Shown here in pieces: positions 36,862 to 46,252 of a DNA stretch of 64,000 nt; the first letter of the stretch is position 1, and every line of letters begins with the position of its first letter. The notes below the pieces were generated by a model that saw only the letters and a list, made by a program, of their open reading frames with translations, did no database searches and was not told the origin of the DNA. The stretch covers positions 1 through 64,000 of the IMG/VR virus record IMGVR_UViG_3300017991_000002, one strand, 5' to 3'. A program made the position numbers and the translations under genes.

Positions 36862-37082
36862 TTTAGTACCTTCAACTTCCTTTTAAATCCTTTAACGTTT
36901 CCTTCGGCCACTTTGTCTTCACTTAAAGCCTTTATATCATCTATATGATGAAGAATATAAGTGAAGACTGTCTTATTCCGAAGAGCCATCACCTTCTCAA
37001 AATAAGACCCCACCTTCGCCACCTCCTCAAGCTTTTCTATCTCACTCTCAAGCCACTCTATAAGAGATTCTTCCTTGATCAT
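36858..37082 (-). CDS. Tandem paralog 2, tagged
   Basis: MIKEESLIEWL..; ends FKRKLKVLK. Confidence 0.7.
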   Translation of the reverse strand: MIKEESLIEWLESEIEKLEEVAKVGSYFEKVMALRNKTVFTYILHHIDDIKALSEDKVAEGNVKGFKRKLKVLK

Positions 37083-37318
37083 TTGGGTACTCTTAATTTC
37101 CTTTTATACTCAAATATGACAGGAACATCCTTCTTGTCTTCTTCCAATTCGGTCAAAATTTTCATTATGCTGTCTATCTCATCCTTCATGACCGTGACAT
37201 GATAAACATTAGTGAATCCACTTTGGAGTAGTGCCTTCTTGACCGTATCTTTCAATAGAACCAATCGATCCTGAAGATAAGACTCAAACTCCTCCCGAGA
37301 TCCAAACTTTACCGACAT
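37079..37318 (-). CDS. Tandem paralog 3, tagged
   Basis: SREEFESYL..; ends YKRKLRVPK. Confidence 0.65.
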   Translation of the reverse strand: MSVKFGSREEFESYLQDRLVLLKDTVKKALLQSGFTNVYHVTVMKDEIDSIMKILTELEEDKKDVPVIFEYKRKLRVPK

Positions 37319-37550
37319 TCAATTTCCTCTCCTTTGAAGCCTTCCTCGATTCTCTATAGACCGATCTTCTCTTAATAGACTCCCCCTCGATATATAAATG
37401 ATCCCACTTCTGAAATATGGCTATGGTTTCATCATACTTCAATGATGATACAGTCAAGAGGCCGCCGGTCGTAACCTTATAAAGGACCTCTCCGAACACC
37501 CACTCATCTCCGCCAACCACAACAACAAGCCCTTTTCGCCTATCATCCAT
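37284..37550 (-). CDS. Hypothetical protein, tagged
   Basis: Ends ERKLNVGKVWISGGV. Confidence 0.6.
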   Translation of the reverse strand: MDDRRKGLVVVVGGDEWVFGEVLYKVTTGGLLTVSSLKYDETIAIFQKWDHLYIEGESIKRRSVYRESRKASKERKLNVGKVWISGGV

Positions 37551-37551
37551 G

Positions 37552-37947
37552 TCAATCCCTCTCCACTATCTCACCTTGGACGGCCTCATATTCATCCTCA
37601 CTTAACCACATAAAAGACTGAACAACACCGGGGTCATCGAAGTCTTTAAAACCCTCTACTCGAAGGCCAAGACTGTCACCACAAAGAACCCTCGTAATCG
37701 TGGCAATTAATGACAAAAACGATACTCCCTCGTCATCTTTGTCATAACGAGCAATTCCAAGCTCCGGATATTTTTTCTCAAGCTCTCGGAGTTCGTTGAC
37801 CTTTTCTTCGAAGGGTATAACCTTGTTCAAGTCATCGTAGGACACAGTCCTGATTTTAAGCATCTCATTCAATATATCGAGAAGCCTTTCCTTCCTTTCA
37901 TCTAGATACATGTATGGATTCACTATATTTCTCCTTTCCAAGAACAA
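37552..37947 (-). CDS. Hypothetical protein
   Basis: Tiles in the operon. Confidence 0.65.
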   Translation of the reverse strand: MFLERRNIVNPYMYLDERKERLLDILNEMLKIRTVSYDDLNKVIPFEEKVNELRELEKKYPELGIARYDKDDEGVSFLSLIATITRVLCGDSLGLRVEGFKDFDDPGVVQSFMWLSEDEYEAVQGEIVERD

Positions 37948-37971
37948 ACTGTGGTTATATCGTCTACCGGG

Positions 37972-38307
37972 CTATTCCCCGACAACATCCAAACCCGCTA
38001 TAATCAAGTGTCTCACCGCCCCTTCCGCATCAAAATCATGATAAAGACGAAGCATCCTGACCTGAATAAGGCCGATGGTCAAATAAAAAACGTTTCCCGC
38101 CACACGAAGTCCTATTCTCCAATCATTCGCGGACGGCTCTACATTCACAAGGGAAACATGATCAGGCAACGTTTCCTTCGCAATTTTGGTCACCATAACA
38201 AAGCTTGGGTCATCAAACCATTCTCCCTTGTCACAGATGTACTCACCAACACTGCCGGATCTCGACACCTCCATAAGTTCCTTAGCATCAACCATCACAT
38301 TCATCAT
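37972..38307 (-). CDS. Hypothetical protein
   Basis: Tiles in the operon. Confidence 0.6.
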   Translation of the reverse strand: MMNVMVDAKELMEVSRSGSVGEYICDKGEWFDDPSFVMVTKIAKETLPDHVSLVNVEPSANDWRIGLRVAGNVFYLTIGLIQVRMLRLYHDFDAEGAVRHLIIAGLDVVGE

Positions 38308-38557
38308 TATCCTCCCTATTCTTGGACAGTCTTAACTTTCTGGTTATGGGTCCAAGACTTCTTATTTCTTCTTCTTTCACCTCACCGTTCGATGTCATCA
38401 AAGAATAGATTGTGTCCCTCATGAAACCTATCATTATTTCCCGTTTATTACTCTCCTCCTTCGAATCATTGGATGATTTACTACAACTTTCCCTGATCGC
38501 CTCTTCATATTTCAACAACAACCTCCACATGCTATTCTTACCTTCCAATGTCACCAC
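38288..38557 (-). CDS. Hypothetical protein, tagged
   Basis: TRKLRLSK near the C-terminus. Confidence 0.6.
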   Translation of the reverse strand: MVTLEGKNSMWRLLLKYEEAIRESCSKSSNDSKEESNKREIMIGFMRDTIYSLMTSNGEVKEEEIRSLGPITRKLRLSKNREDNDECDG

Positions 38558-38567
38558 CTCCCCTTCC

Positions 38568-38864
38568 TCATTTGGGCAATCTCAACTTCCTGTAAAATTT
38601 TTGATTATTGCATTTTTGGGGTTTCGAAGCAAGAGCTATATCCATCAACAGGGAATTTCCAGGCCACAAATTAACCTCAACCATCGTCGCATCCTCCCTA
38701 TAAAAACAGGAAACACTTGCATCGATATCATATCTGGCACTAAGCATATCAGCTATTACCTCTTCCATGGCCACGAGAAGAGTGGTATCCTTCACTTCAT
38801 ATCTGAATAATGATACAATAGATTCGACTGACTCAGACACCTCATTCATATAATTATCCACCAA
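38568..38864 (-). CDS. Hypothetical protein, tagged
   Basis: Ends YRKLRLPK. Confidence 0.65.
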   Translation of the reverse strand: MVDNYMNEVSESVESIVSLFRYEVKDTTLLVAMEEVIADMLSARYDIDASVSCFYREDATMVEVNLWPGNSLLMDIALASKPQKCNNQKFYRKLRLPK

Positions 38865-38867
38865 CCA

Positions 38868-39380
38868 TCACCTCCGTACTCTCAGCCTTCTTGCCGGCCT
38901 CTTTCCTAACTCCCCCACATAAACTGGCTTATCCGCCTGAGATGCCTCTTTTAATAACCGAATAACCTCGTCATACGCCTCTATTCTCCCTTGCATAACA
39001 GCTGAAGATGTCCTCCCTCCGGATAAAAGCTCCTGCCTAGCCCCTTCCCGAACTTCCGATATTGTTATTATAATTTCACCTCTATTAATTAAATGATGGT
39101 TGTCTGCACTCCCTTTATCCAGAAGGATAAGATGCCTCATAAGTTTACTCACTTCTTTTACAGACATTCCGGTCTTCAACAAAGACTTCCTGATAATCTG
39201 TATTACTTCAAGAACATCATCAGAGGGAACCTTATCAATAACACCAAGAGCCTTCATTATAGTAACTTTGACCTCAGGCCATACAAAGTCCTGCTCAATC
39301 AGCCACATAAGATAATTGGGATCAACCTGGGCAACCTTTTCAATCTCCTTGCCCTTATATTTACCAAACAAAAGACGCAT
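38868..39380 (-). CDS. DUF3820/ExoX-C-like N-terminal domain protein, tagged
   Basis: LLFGKYKGKEIEKV..DPNYLMWL; ends ARRLRVRR. Confidence 0.65.
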   Translation of the reverse strand: MRLLFGKYKGKEIEKVAQVDPNYLMWLIEQDFVWPEVKVTIMKALGVIDKVPSDDVLEVIQIIRKSLLKTGMSVKEVSKLMRHLILLDKGSADNHHLINRGEIIITISEVREGARQELLSGGRTSSAVMQGRIEAYDEVIRLLKEASQADKPVYVGELGKRPARRLRVRR

Positions 39381-39383
39381 AAT

Positions 39384-39647
39384 TTACCATTCCAAGGATC
39401 CAGCACGAATACATATCAGACCGAACAGACAGGCAACACACAAGTCGGCCAACTCCCCCTCAAAGTCCTCCACAGGACCCCTAACAGCCTCGGCCAACTC
39501 ATAAAACTCTTCAGACACGGCACCGAACACTTCATGCCTGCTGGAGAATGTCCCGTAACCTTTTCTCGAGAGTTCAGTATCCAAAGCCTCGACCAAAAAA
39601 TCTATCCCTTTGGTAACCTCATTATCGGTTATCTGTCTCCTCATCAT
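39384..39647 (-). CDS. MazG-like fold protein
   Basis: SRHEVFGAVSEEFYELAEAV..GELADLCVAC. Confidence 0.6.
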   Translation of the reverse strand: MMRRQITDNEVTKGIDFLVEALDTELSRKGYGTFSSRHEVFGAVSEEFYELAEAVRGPVEDFEGELADLCVACLFGLICIRAGSLEW

Positions 39648-39887
39648 TTAACCTCTTCTTCTCAAATGAACGGGAATATCTCCCCGAAGGTGAACTCCAC
39701 TGTTGACTTCTCCTGCAATGGCAAAGAAATTACGCCTAGGGATGATAACCATGGATGTATTATCCTCAAGACTACCTCTCCTCTTAAAGATATTTATTCT
39801 GGTTACCTTATTCCCTCTCCTAAGATATTCCTCTGTTGCCATTTTGATGTCGTCTCTTGTAATTGACATAGAAGCCTCTCTTTCCAT
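39648..39887 (-). CDS. Hypothetical protein
   Basis: DDIKMATEEYLRRGNKVTRI. Confidence 0.55.
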   Translation of the reverse strand: MEREASMSITRDDIKMATEEYLRRGNKVTRINIFKRRGSLEDNTSMVIIPRRNFFAIAGEVNSGVHLRGDIPVHLRRRG

Positions 39888-39889
39888 AA

Positions 39890-40216
39890 TTACTGTAATC
39901 TCAACTTTCTAGAAGGTCTCATTTCTTCTTCACCTTTACATTGGGGACTGAAATCTCCCGCTAGGGAAGATATAATCTTACGCTTTATCCTCAAACAATT
40001 ATCCCTGTCAACAATATTCATTTTGAGGAGTTGAACCATTATCTTCTCAACAAGAGCCTCAAGACAAAGCATTTCCTTGTCCCCGATCATCGCAAATTCC
40101 TGGGCATCCTTCCAGAATGCCCTAAGCCAATAGCTGTCCACACCTATTACTTTATGACCCTCCTCTTCCAGCAACTCTGGAAACCTAATACCTATGTATT
40201 CTTCGAATGATGACAT
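39890..40216 (-). CDS. Hypothetical protein, tagged
   Basis: Ends SRKLRLQ. Confidence 0.65.
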   Translation of the reverse strand: MSSFEEYIGIRFPELLEEEGHKVIGVDSYWLRAFWKDAQEFAMIGDKEMLCLEALVEKIMVQLLKMNIVDRDNCLRIKRKIISSLAGDFSPQCKGEEEMRPSRKLRLQ

Positions 40217-40530
40217 GCATTTATTTTCCTTTTAGAATTCCTGTTATCGACACCTTTGTTCTTTTTTATTAATTTATCAGAAACCGACCTGAGTTCCTGC
40301 AATCTTTTCAATCTATAATGCTCATGGACTAAGTTCATCAATCTACCTCTTTCCTCGGACACTGTTCCCACATCAAAACTCAGCCCCTTTACTGCCCCGT
40401 TATGGTCAACAGATATACCGGTCCCCGTGTGAGTAGCCGTCACCACATAAAACTCACCAGCTGCTCCCTTATTTAGCTCCCAATCCTCCGGGTTATTTTC
40501 AAGTGAGTGTATCACAGAGCAGATAAACAT
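40192..40530 (-). CDS. Hypothetical protein
   Basis: Tiles in the operon; degenerate KRKIN near the end. Confidence 0.55.
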   Translation of the reverse strand: MFICSVIHSLENNPEDWELNKGAAGEFYVVTATHTGTGISVDHNGAVKGLSFDVGTVSEERGRLMNLVHEHYRLKRLQELRSVSDKLIKKNKGVDNRNSKRKINACHHSKNT

Positions 40531-41098
40531 CCGATCCCCTTCCTCTCTTCCTTTCTCTTCCTTTCTCGTCCCTTATTTCCCCACGTACCTGTTTATCGAC
40601 ATTTTCAAGGGTGGTCCGAGAGATATCCAATCCAAGGAGTTCATGACTCGGGGGTCTTACTCTGGTCATCTTCTTCCCCCTTCCCATTCTCAGCCTGCGA
40701 AACAGGCGTTTCGGTTTCTCTTCCTCTCTCCCGTCCTCAATTTCCTCTTCTTGACGACGCACAGCCTCCCTGTTCACTTCATCAACCCACTCTTTCAGAA
40801 CCCTAAACACCTCTAACCGATACTCCTTCGGAAGAGTCACCCCCGGGATCTGGGCTGCTGCTATTACAATCTCCCTTGATCTATTACAGATATAGTCCAA
40901 TGCCCAACTACTCCAGACCATGATAATCCCAGGCCACACTAATAGATCCATTTCAAGGTCGGAACCAACCCATATGAGGCTTATAACTTGAAACAAAAGA
41001 GTGGTGAGAAATAGTGTGTAAGCTACCACACTGTAAAGCCTTCTTACCTTTTCACCTTTATCGAGTTCTCTTTTTATTATACCAAGCCATGTGTCCAT
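40499..41098 (-). CDS. Membrane protein with internal RRLRM
   Basis: Two TM helices. Confidence 0.6.
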   Translation of the reverse strand: MDTWLGIIKRELDKGEKVRRLYSVVAYTLFLTTLLFQVISLIWVGSDLEMDLLVWPGIIMVWSSWALDYICNRSREIVIAAAQIPGVTLPKEYRLEVFRVLKEWVDEVNREAVRRQEEEIEDGREEEKPKRLFRRLRMGRGKKMTRVRPPSHELLGLDISRTTLENVDKQVRGEIRDEKGRERKRGRGSDVYLLCDTLT

Positions 41099-41520
41099 TA
41101 CACCCTCAGCCTCCTTGTGGTCCCCCCAGAATCCCTACTATCTTCCCCTAAAGAATTACGGACGTCAACCATAAGGCGCTTTACCTTGCGAAAAAAGCAA
41201 TCGACGCAAAGGTCTCCATCCTTGCTATATACGAAAGAGATCGTTACACCGATACTAAGGACACCTTTAGTCTCAACCGTCACAGTATACCCTCCCCCAG
41301 AGACGGTTACCTCATCATCTGACACCTTCTCCCGTAGGAGTTGTATAGCTTGCTCTCTGTTCCCTCTTCGATCTTCAATCTCTTTCCCACAATCATCACA
41401 TTTATACGTGACTACTTTCATTTCCGCCAACCTTTTCTCATTTCTTTGGTACTTCTCTCCTTCACAATGGGGGTTAGCATTTTTATCTTTTCCAAAGAAT
41501 CCCTGTCTCTCCCCCACCAC
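41098..41520 (-). CDS. Zn-binding hypothetical protein, tagged
   Basis: CDDCG..DLCVDC; ends TRRLRV; start probably at MKVVTY. Confidence 0.65.
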   Translation of the reverse strand: MVGERQGFFGKDKNANPHCEGEKYQRNEKRLAEMKVVTYKCDDCGKEIEDRRGNREQAIQLLREKVSDDEVTVSGGGYTVTVETKGVLSIGVTISFVYSKDGDLCVDCFFRKVKRLMVDVRNSLGEDSRDSGGTTRRLRV

Positions 41521-41690
41521 GAAAGAAGCTCATCTGGGTCCAACGGACTCGATGTTAATATCCCGCCCAACTGATCATAATGACGATCACACAATCCAAG
41601 CGAGCCATCCAACACCTGCCAAGCGGCCAACGACTGACACCCAGGATGACTACATTTAAGTTTTTCATCAGACATGCTCATTAGAAACAC
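41418..41690 (-). CDS. Small Cys-rich protein
   Basis: CSHPGC..LCDRH; follows the promoter motif. Confidence 0.55.
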   Translation of the reverse strand: MFLMSMSDEKLKCSHPGCQSLAAWQVLDGSLGLCDRHYDQLGGILTSSPLDPDELLSWWGRDRDSLEKIKMLTPIVKERSTKEMRKGWRK

Positions 41691-41696
41691 CTCTCT

Positions 41697-41738
41697 CTAC
41701 TATACTTATACGTTTGTGGCGAGGATAAAGAAAATTTT
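41697..41738 (-). promoter_or_regulatory. Conserved phage promoter motif
   Basis: AAACGTATAAGTATAGTAG with upstream TTTTCTTT. Confidence 0.75.
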
Positions 41739-42187
41739 TATTCATTTATTCTCAACTTTCTTCCCCTCTGCTGGGTAGGTTCAGAATGAGTCGCCTCTCT
41801 GTTTCTGCTTACCCACCCCATGCTTATCAGAAATAGCAAAACATCAGACCGGAGTATAACCTCTGAATAGGCATGAAACGTGTGTAATTTCGTCCCATCC
41901 CACACCTGACCAATAAACATTGGACCATCAATTCTATCACTACTATGCCCAAAATACACCTTCTTTATCGATCCCTTGAAGATGGCAATCCCTAACTCCT
42001 GTACAGTATATGCAGGATAGTACCTCAGGCCTTCATACTGAGTACCGAGACATCCCATCTTCACAAGATCGGGACTCCCCATACCTTCGGGCGGGTGTTT
42101 CCACAAAAACAAGGTCTCATGTTCATACCCGGCTTCAAATATCTTCTGTGAAGTATGGAAGGACGTTAAAATATTCTGGAATTTCAC
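41738..42187 (-). CDS. Hypothetical protein, tagged
   Basis: YPAYTVQELG; ends GRKLRINE. Confidence 0.7.
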   Translation of the reverse strand: MKFQNILTSFHTSQKIFEAGYEHETLFLWKHPPEGMGSPDLVKMGCLGTQYEGLRYYPAYTVQELGIAIFKGSIKKVYFGHSSDRIDGPMFIGQVWDGTKLHTFHAYSEVILRSDVLLFLISMGWVSRNREATHSEPTQQRGRKLRINE

Positions 42188-42483
42188 TACCGTCTCCTAA
42201 CTCTCTTACCTGCAGCACTTCTCCCTGATAATATCTGTCTTTTAGCCTTTTCATAAGCAATATGGCCGTCATCGATTGCCTTAAGAAAGTCTCTCTTCGG
42301 TACCATTCGATCTCCTTCGCTCAACCCACCTTCTAGGACTATAAAATGCATCTCTACTCTAACCACTTTACAGTCCCCCATCTCTGGGATGGTAAAAACC
42401 TGACCCTCCCGAACGACATTCCCATTAGGGGTCCTAACCTCCTTCGGGGGTATTCTCAGCTTCCTTCTTTCTTTCTCTTTCAC
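42187..42483 (-). CDS. Hypothetical protein with N-terminal RKLRI
   Basis: MKEKERRKLRIPP. Confidence 0.6.
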   Translation of the reverse strand: MKEKERRKLRIPPKEVRTPNGNVVREGQVFTIPEMGDCKVVRVEMHFIVLEGGLSEGDRMVPKRDFLKAIDDGHIAYEKAKRQILSGRSAAGKRVRRR

Positions 42484-42486
42484 AGC

Positions 42487-42909
42487 CTATCTCCAAACAC
42501 AAACGAGTATCTCCACCTCAACATTCTTGAATAAGTCATGAATCATTTCCCTGACTTTTGGCCACTGCAAACGATCGAGTCCACATCCTATCTTCGGCAT
42601 GGCCACTTTCTCTATACCTTCATCCACAATAATATCCCTCATAATCTCCAGGGGTTTATGCAGGGAGGTATATGTCGGCTTCCCACAACTTCTTCGTTTT
42701 GTTATAAGGTTAAAGACACGATCCACCAGAATACAGGTCGGATGAACAGGGGACTCCCTACTGCTTTTTATCTTCTCCCGAAGACCAAATTTCTTTCTCA
42801 TCGGGACGGCAATCCCCTTACCCATCCCAAGATCGCTGGCAATACAGTGGGCCAAATAAAAATCCTCTGGTACAGTAAAGATATCTCTCTTCTCCTCCCT
42901 GTAGTACAT
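42487..42909 (-). CDS. Macrodomain (TARG1/DarG-like) ADP-ribosyl hydrolase
   Basis: DIF..LAHCIASDLGMGKGIA..FNLITK..KPTY..AMPKIGCGLDRLQW. Confidence 0.88.
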   Translation of the reverse strand: MYYREEKRDIFTVPEDFYLAHCIASDLGMGKGIAVPMRKKFGLREKIKSSRESPVHPTCILVDRVFNLITKRRSCGKPTYTSLHKPLEIMRDIIVDEGIEKVAMPKIGCGLDRLQWPKVREMIHDLFKNVEVEILVCVWR

Positions 42910-43151
42910 CAGTCCTTCTCCTTAAAATGGCTCTTTAGGGCCTCAAATAGGAGCTTCCAGAATCGCTCTTTTTGACGGGGAAAACCTTCTACCGAAGAAG
43001 AAAAAGATAATCCGTCATCATCATAAAAACGACAAACATAGTCCCCTTTCTCTAAAGTCCCCTTTCCCGTATTGATAATATGGGCCTCGCCGATCCTCCT
43101 CCTATTATCCTCATTCCCGAACGGTACTATCTCTACATATGCTCTCAACAT
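42909..43151 (-). CDS. Hypothetical protein
   Basis: MLRAYVEIVPFG. Confidence 0.65.
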   Translation of the reverse strand: MLRAYVEIVPFGNEDNRRRIGEAHIINTGKGTLEKGDYVCRFYDDDGLSFSSSVEGFPRQKERFWKLLFEALKSHFKEKD

Positions 43152-43161
43152 ACAAAACCCC

Positions 43162-43812
43162 CTATTTAATCCTTAATTTTCTGTAATACCTTTTTCCCTC
43201 AGGCTTCCTGCCCTGTATTTCATACAACATTACAACACACATCCAAGAGGCATCAAAAAACTTTCCAGGAATCATACTGTGAAGATGATTCTCGCTTATC
43301 CCTGACAGGTTAAAGAGATGATTACTAAACTCCCTAGCCCTCATTACTGTCAATTCGGAGACTTTTATGGTTATTCTGCAAAACGAGGGATTCATGCTGC
43401 TGGATGCCCTCCACACAGAAGATTGGGTTTGCCATTTTGGCACAGGACTAAGGCCCACTTTCCCGACCCATTCAGTGGATGTTCTCTCCTTCCCTATTCG
43501 ATACCTAGGATATCTATACTCAATAACCTGCTCTCCCCTCGTCACCACATAAGGTCTCCATTGCTCCTTGCACCTCAAGACATCCCCAACTACAGGGAAG
43601 AGGCCCCTCCCCCAATACTCCCCATTTATCTTTAAAAAGTTAAATTTCCCATTACTACTTAACGAAAACTCATAAGGAATACTTTCACCGGAGGCATTAG
43701 GAACAACAGGCCGGATCAAAGCACCCGTCGTGGAGAACCCCTTACTCTCTAAAAGCTCCACAGCCTTTATGATCTCCCACTCCCTCAAATTTACATACCC
43801 TAAAGCCAACAT
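43162..43812 (-). CDS. ASCH-like/morphogenetic-type protein, tagged
   Basis: GDVLRCKEQW..WRASSSMN..RITIKV; ends YRKLRIK. Confidence 0.55.
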   Translation of the reverse strand: MLALGYVNLREWEIIKAVELLESKGFSTTGALIRPVVPNASGESIPYEFSLSSNGKFNFLKINGEYWGRGLFPVVGDVLRCKEQWRPYVVTRGEQVIEYRYPRYRIGKERTSTEWVGKVGLSPVPKWQTQSSVWRASSSMNPSFCRITIKVSELTVMRAREFSNHLFNLSGISENHLHSMIPGKFFDASWMCVVMLYEIQGRKPEGKRYYRKLRIK

Positions 43813-44249
43813 TACTTCTCCTTAAGTTCATCTCTTATCTTCATAAGGATCTTTCCAAGTTCATTTCTTCCCTCCCCAGTTCTCTCATCGACACCCCAAA
43901 AAACATCGTGCCACCAATTACCTTCTACCAGTTCCCTGTCACCAGTGTTAAGGAGCTTATACTTCATAAAATTCCTACTGAACTTTTGTCGGACCAGGTC
44001 CTCCATAATCCCGACCTTAACATCTTCCCAATCCTCCCTTAAAGTAACCCTTCGCCCTATTCTCTTGGCCGAGCCGGGATCCTGCGATGACCGTATCTTC
44101 GCTCTTTCTTTCTCACTTAACGTCTTTGCCGCCTGGAACGCATGCTCCACAGTTCTATATACCTTCCCCTCGAACACAACATCCGTCCGATAGTAATTGG
44201 ACAGATATCTAAACTTCCCCACAAACATCCTTATAGGATCAGTCTTCAT
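43812..44249 (-). CDS. NADAR (YbiA-like) family protein
   Basis: LSNYY..VEHAFQAAK..AKRIGR..REDWE..KF..LLNTGDRELVEG..DVFWG..GRNELGKILM. Confidence 0.9.
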   Translation of the reverse strand: MKTDPIRMFVGKFRYLSNYYRTDVVFEGKVYRTVEHAFQAAKTLSEKERAKIRSSQDPGSAKRIGRRVTLREDWEDVKVGIMEDLVRQKFSRNFMKYKLLNTGDRELVEGNWWHDVFWGVDERTGEGRNELGKILMKIRDELKEK

Positions 44250-44571
44250 AATATTCCTCCGTTGTCATAAACCTCTGTCGAAAGCTTTCCCTAAAGCACT
44301 TCCATGAGCAAAATTTTCCTGTCTCATCGTTTATCCACGCCTCTTCCAATTTCACACCACAATATGTACATGATCCCCTCTCAAAAGGCAGCCTCATCTT
44401 TCGAACGACAGAGGCTATATACCGCGCATCTTCCTCCGGAATATCATACAAAACAGAATACATCAGATCCATTACCTCGTCCACCGACAGCAACCTTACA
44501 TTACGCCCCTCGCTGTTTTTAAACTTAGGAACCACTTTCAATGCCCTCTCCCTGTGTTTACGATCTCTCAT
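44239..44571 (-). CDS. Hypothetical protein with C-terminal Zn motif
   Basis: CTYCG..FCSWKC. Confidence 0.6.
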   Translation of the reverse strand: MRDRKHRERALKVVPKFKNSEGRNVRLLSVDEVMDLMYSVLYDIPEEDARYIASVVRKMRLPFERGSCTYCGVKLEEAWINDETGKFCSWKCFRESFRQRFMTTEEYYED

Positions 44572-44574
44572 CTC

Positions 44575-45144
44575 TTATCCTCCGGACCCGCTGGGAATCC
44601 TCAACTTCCTTACCTTTATAACCTTTTTTGTTTCACCCTTCTCAGTTTCCTTCGGATTTGATGAGGTATAATAATAACCTCCTTCCAACAGCACCCTCAC
44701 CCGGGGACCACCAATATGTCGCATATGATAGTCTACCAAAAGCCCCCCAAGGTATTCAGTGGGAGGACTTTCCACATCTATCCTTGTAATCGAAAGATAA
44801 TGGACATTTTGTCCGGTATTGACAAAGACCCCTGTATCCTGACTCTTACAATAAAAAAACCCCTCAGAGTGTCCCCCGTCTGTGCACCGAATATAGGAGT
44901 CCTCAAAATCACCCCACGGAGGGTTCCTCTTCTCCATTTTAGAGAGGAAAAACTTAATAAGGTCATCCTCACAGATCCTTACCTCTACCTCAACCTGTGA
45001 AAACCCTGGGATCCCCGCACCTTGAATAAATACAACACACCTACCCCATGAGAGGTCCTGATGTGTTCCAAAGTCAATAGAGGATATTTGGTAGGAGTTG
45101 CCGGGAGCGAAGAAGATCCGCTCCGCGGGAAGATTTCTTTCCAT
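44575..45144 (-). CDS. Hypothetical protein, tagged
   Basis: Ends VRKLRIPSGSGG. Confidence 0.65.
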   Translation of the reverse strand: MERNLPAERIFFAPGNSYQISSIDFGTHQDLSWGRCVVFIQGAGIPGFSQVEVEVRICEDDLIKFFLSKMEKRNPPWGDFEDSYIRCTDGGHSEGFFYCKSQDTGVFVNTGQNVHYLSITRIDVESPPTEYLGGLLVDYHMRHIGGPRVRVLLEGGYYYTSSNPKETEKGETKKVIKVRKLRIPSGSGG

Positions 45145-45207
45145 TTTCGCGTTCCTTTCTCATCGTATAAAAAACAGAGTGATCATCTTGCAGATTCACA
45201 CTAATCT

Positions 45208-45250
45208 CTACTATACTTATACGTTTCTGGAACGAAAAAGGAAAAGTTTA
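45208..45250 (-). promoter_or_regulatory. Conserved phage promoter motif
   Basis: Near-identical (one-base indel) to 23840-23882. Confidence 0.8.
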
Positions 45251-45943
45251 TTCTTTTTTTGCTTCTTTTTCAGCTTCTTGCTGTGTTTCTTTTTGGAGTT
45301 CCGAGGCTTCAACAAGGCCTATAACCTCGGTGGATAGCTTGGCCTTCTCCGCCAGGGAGGTTCTTTCCTTTAAAGACATCCCATCGGGATTGGATATAAG
45401 ATACTCAACCACACCAACCGATTCCATCTTGATCTTCTTATGATCCTCTTCCTTGTTCCACTCCAAAACCTCATCAATTCTTTCTTTCGTCGGAAGTCCC
45501 ATTATCCTATTCAGCGCTTTCTGATACTCCATCACCCGATCAAAGGATTCCTGGAGAGATGAGTCATCCATAACACCAGAGCGTTCAAGAAGATCCATCG
45601 TTGCCTCCAGACGAGACAGCATATATTGTGTCAAACCCTTGAGCATGGAATACTGTTCAATAAGGACATCAGCCGTGCTCTTCGTCTTTCCTTCAACAAA
45701 CTTGATCTGTTTATCCATTTCCTTCAATTTATTCTCAAACTCGAGCCGTGTCGGCGGCGTATGAAAGCGCTTTATTCTCTTAAGACTCTCCTCGGAAGAT
45801 TTCTTCCCAGAAGGCTGAGGTTCTGGAGGGTCTACCTCATCCAGAGCCTCTTTAATCTCTCTGGCGGTTGACTTCGCCTCCAATTCAACAACTTTATCAG
45901 ACTCATCTATCAGCTTAGAAATTTTCTCGTCTACATCTTTCAT
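45248..45943 (-). CDS. Charged coiled-coil protein, possibly head/scaffold related
   Basis: 231 aa, Glu/Lys-rich. Confidence 0.6.
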   Translation of the reverse strand: MKDVDEKISKLIDESDKVVELEAKSTAREIKEALDEVDPPEPQPSGKKSSEESLKRIKRFHTPPTRLEFENKLKEMDKQIKFVEGKTKSTADVLIEQYSMLKGLTQYMLSRLEATMDLLERSGVMDDSSLQESFDRVMEYQKALNRIMGLPTKERIDEVLEWNKEEDHKKIKMESVGVVEYLISNPDGMSLKERTSLAEKAKLSTEVIGLVEASELQKETQQEAEKEAKKE

Positions 45944-45955
45944 CGTATCTCCAAT

Positions 45956-46189
45956 CTATGATATCCATTTACCTGCTTTAGGGTCCCATCTCCGTCTTTT
46001 TTTGGGGAGCTCAAATGCGGACATCCCTTTCTGTCTTCCCGCAAGCCTCCGAATAACCGGGCTTTCCCTGTGAATCGTCTCTGGGTCAAACAAACGGCCA
46101 AGCTTAAACTCAAGAATACCTTCAGCAGCTTCAGCCGGAGTAATGTCCTGACTCACAACACTATCAATATACTCATGTATCTCTTTCAT
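45956..46189 (-). CDS. Small protein with acidic leader and basic cargo
   Basis: IDSVVSQDITPAEAAEGILE followed by a basic tail. Confidence 0.6.
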   Translation of the reverse strand: MKEIHEYIDSVVSQDITPAEAAEGILEFKLGRLFDPETIHRESPVIRRLAGRQKGMSAFELPKKRRRWDPKAGKWIS

Positions 46190-46252
46190 CTTCTGAAATC
46201 CTCCTGATTTTTATCACTATTGGCCTATAATACCACAAATAAGCCTATCTTT

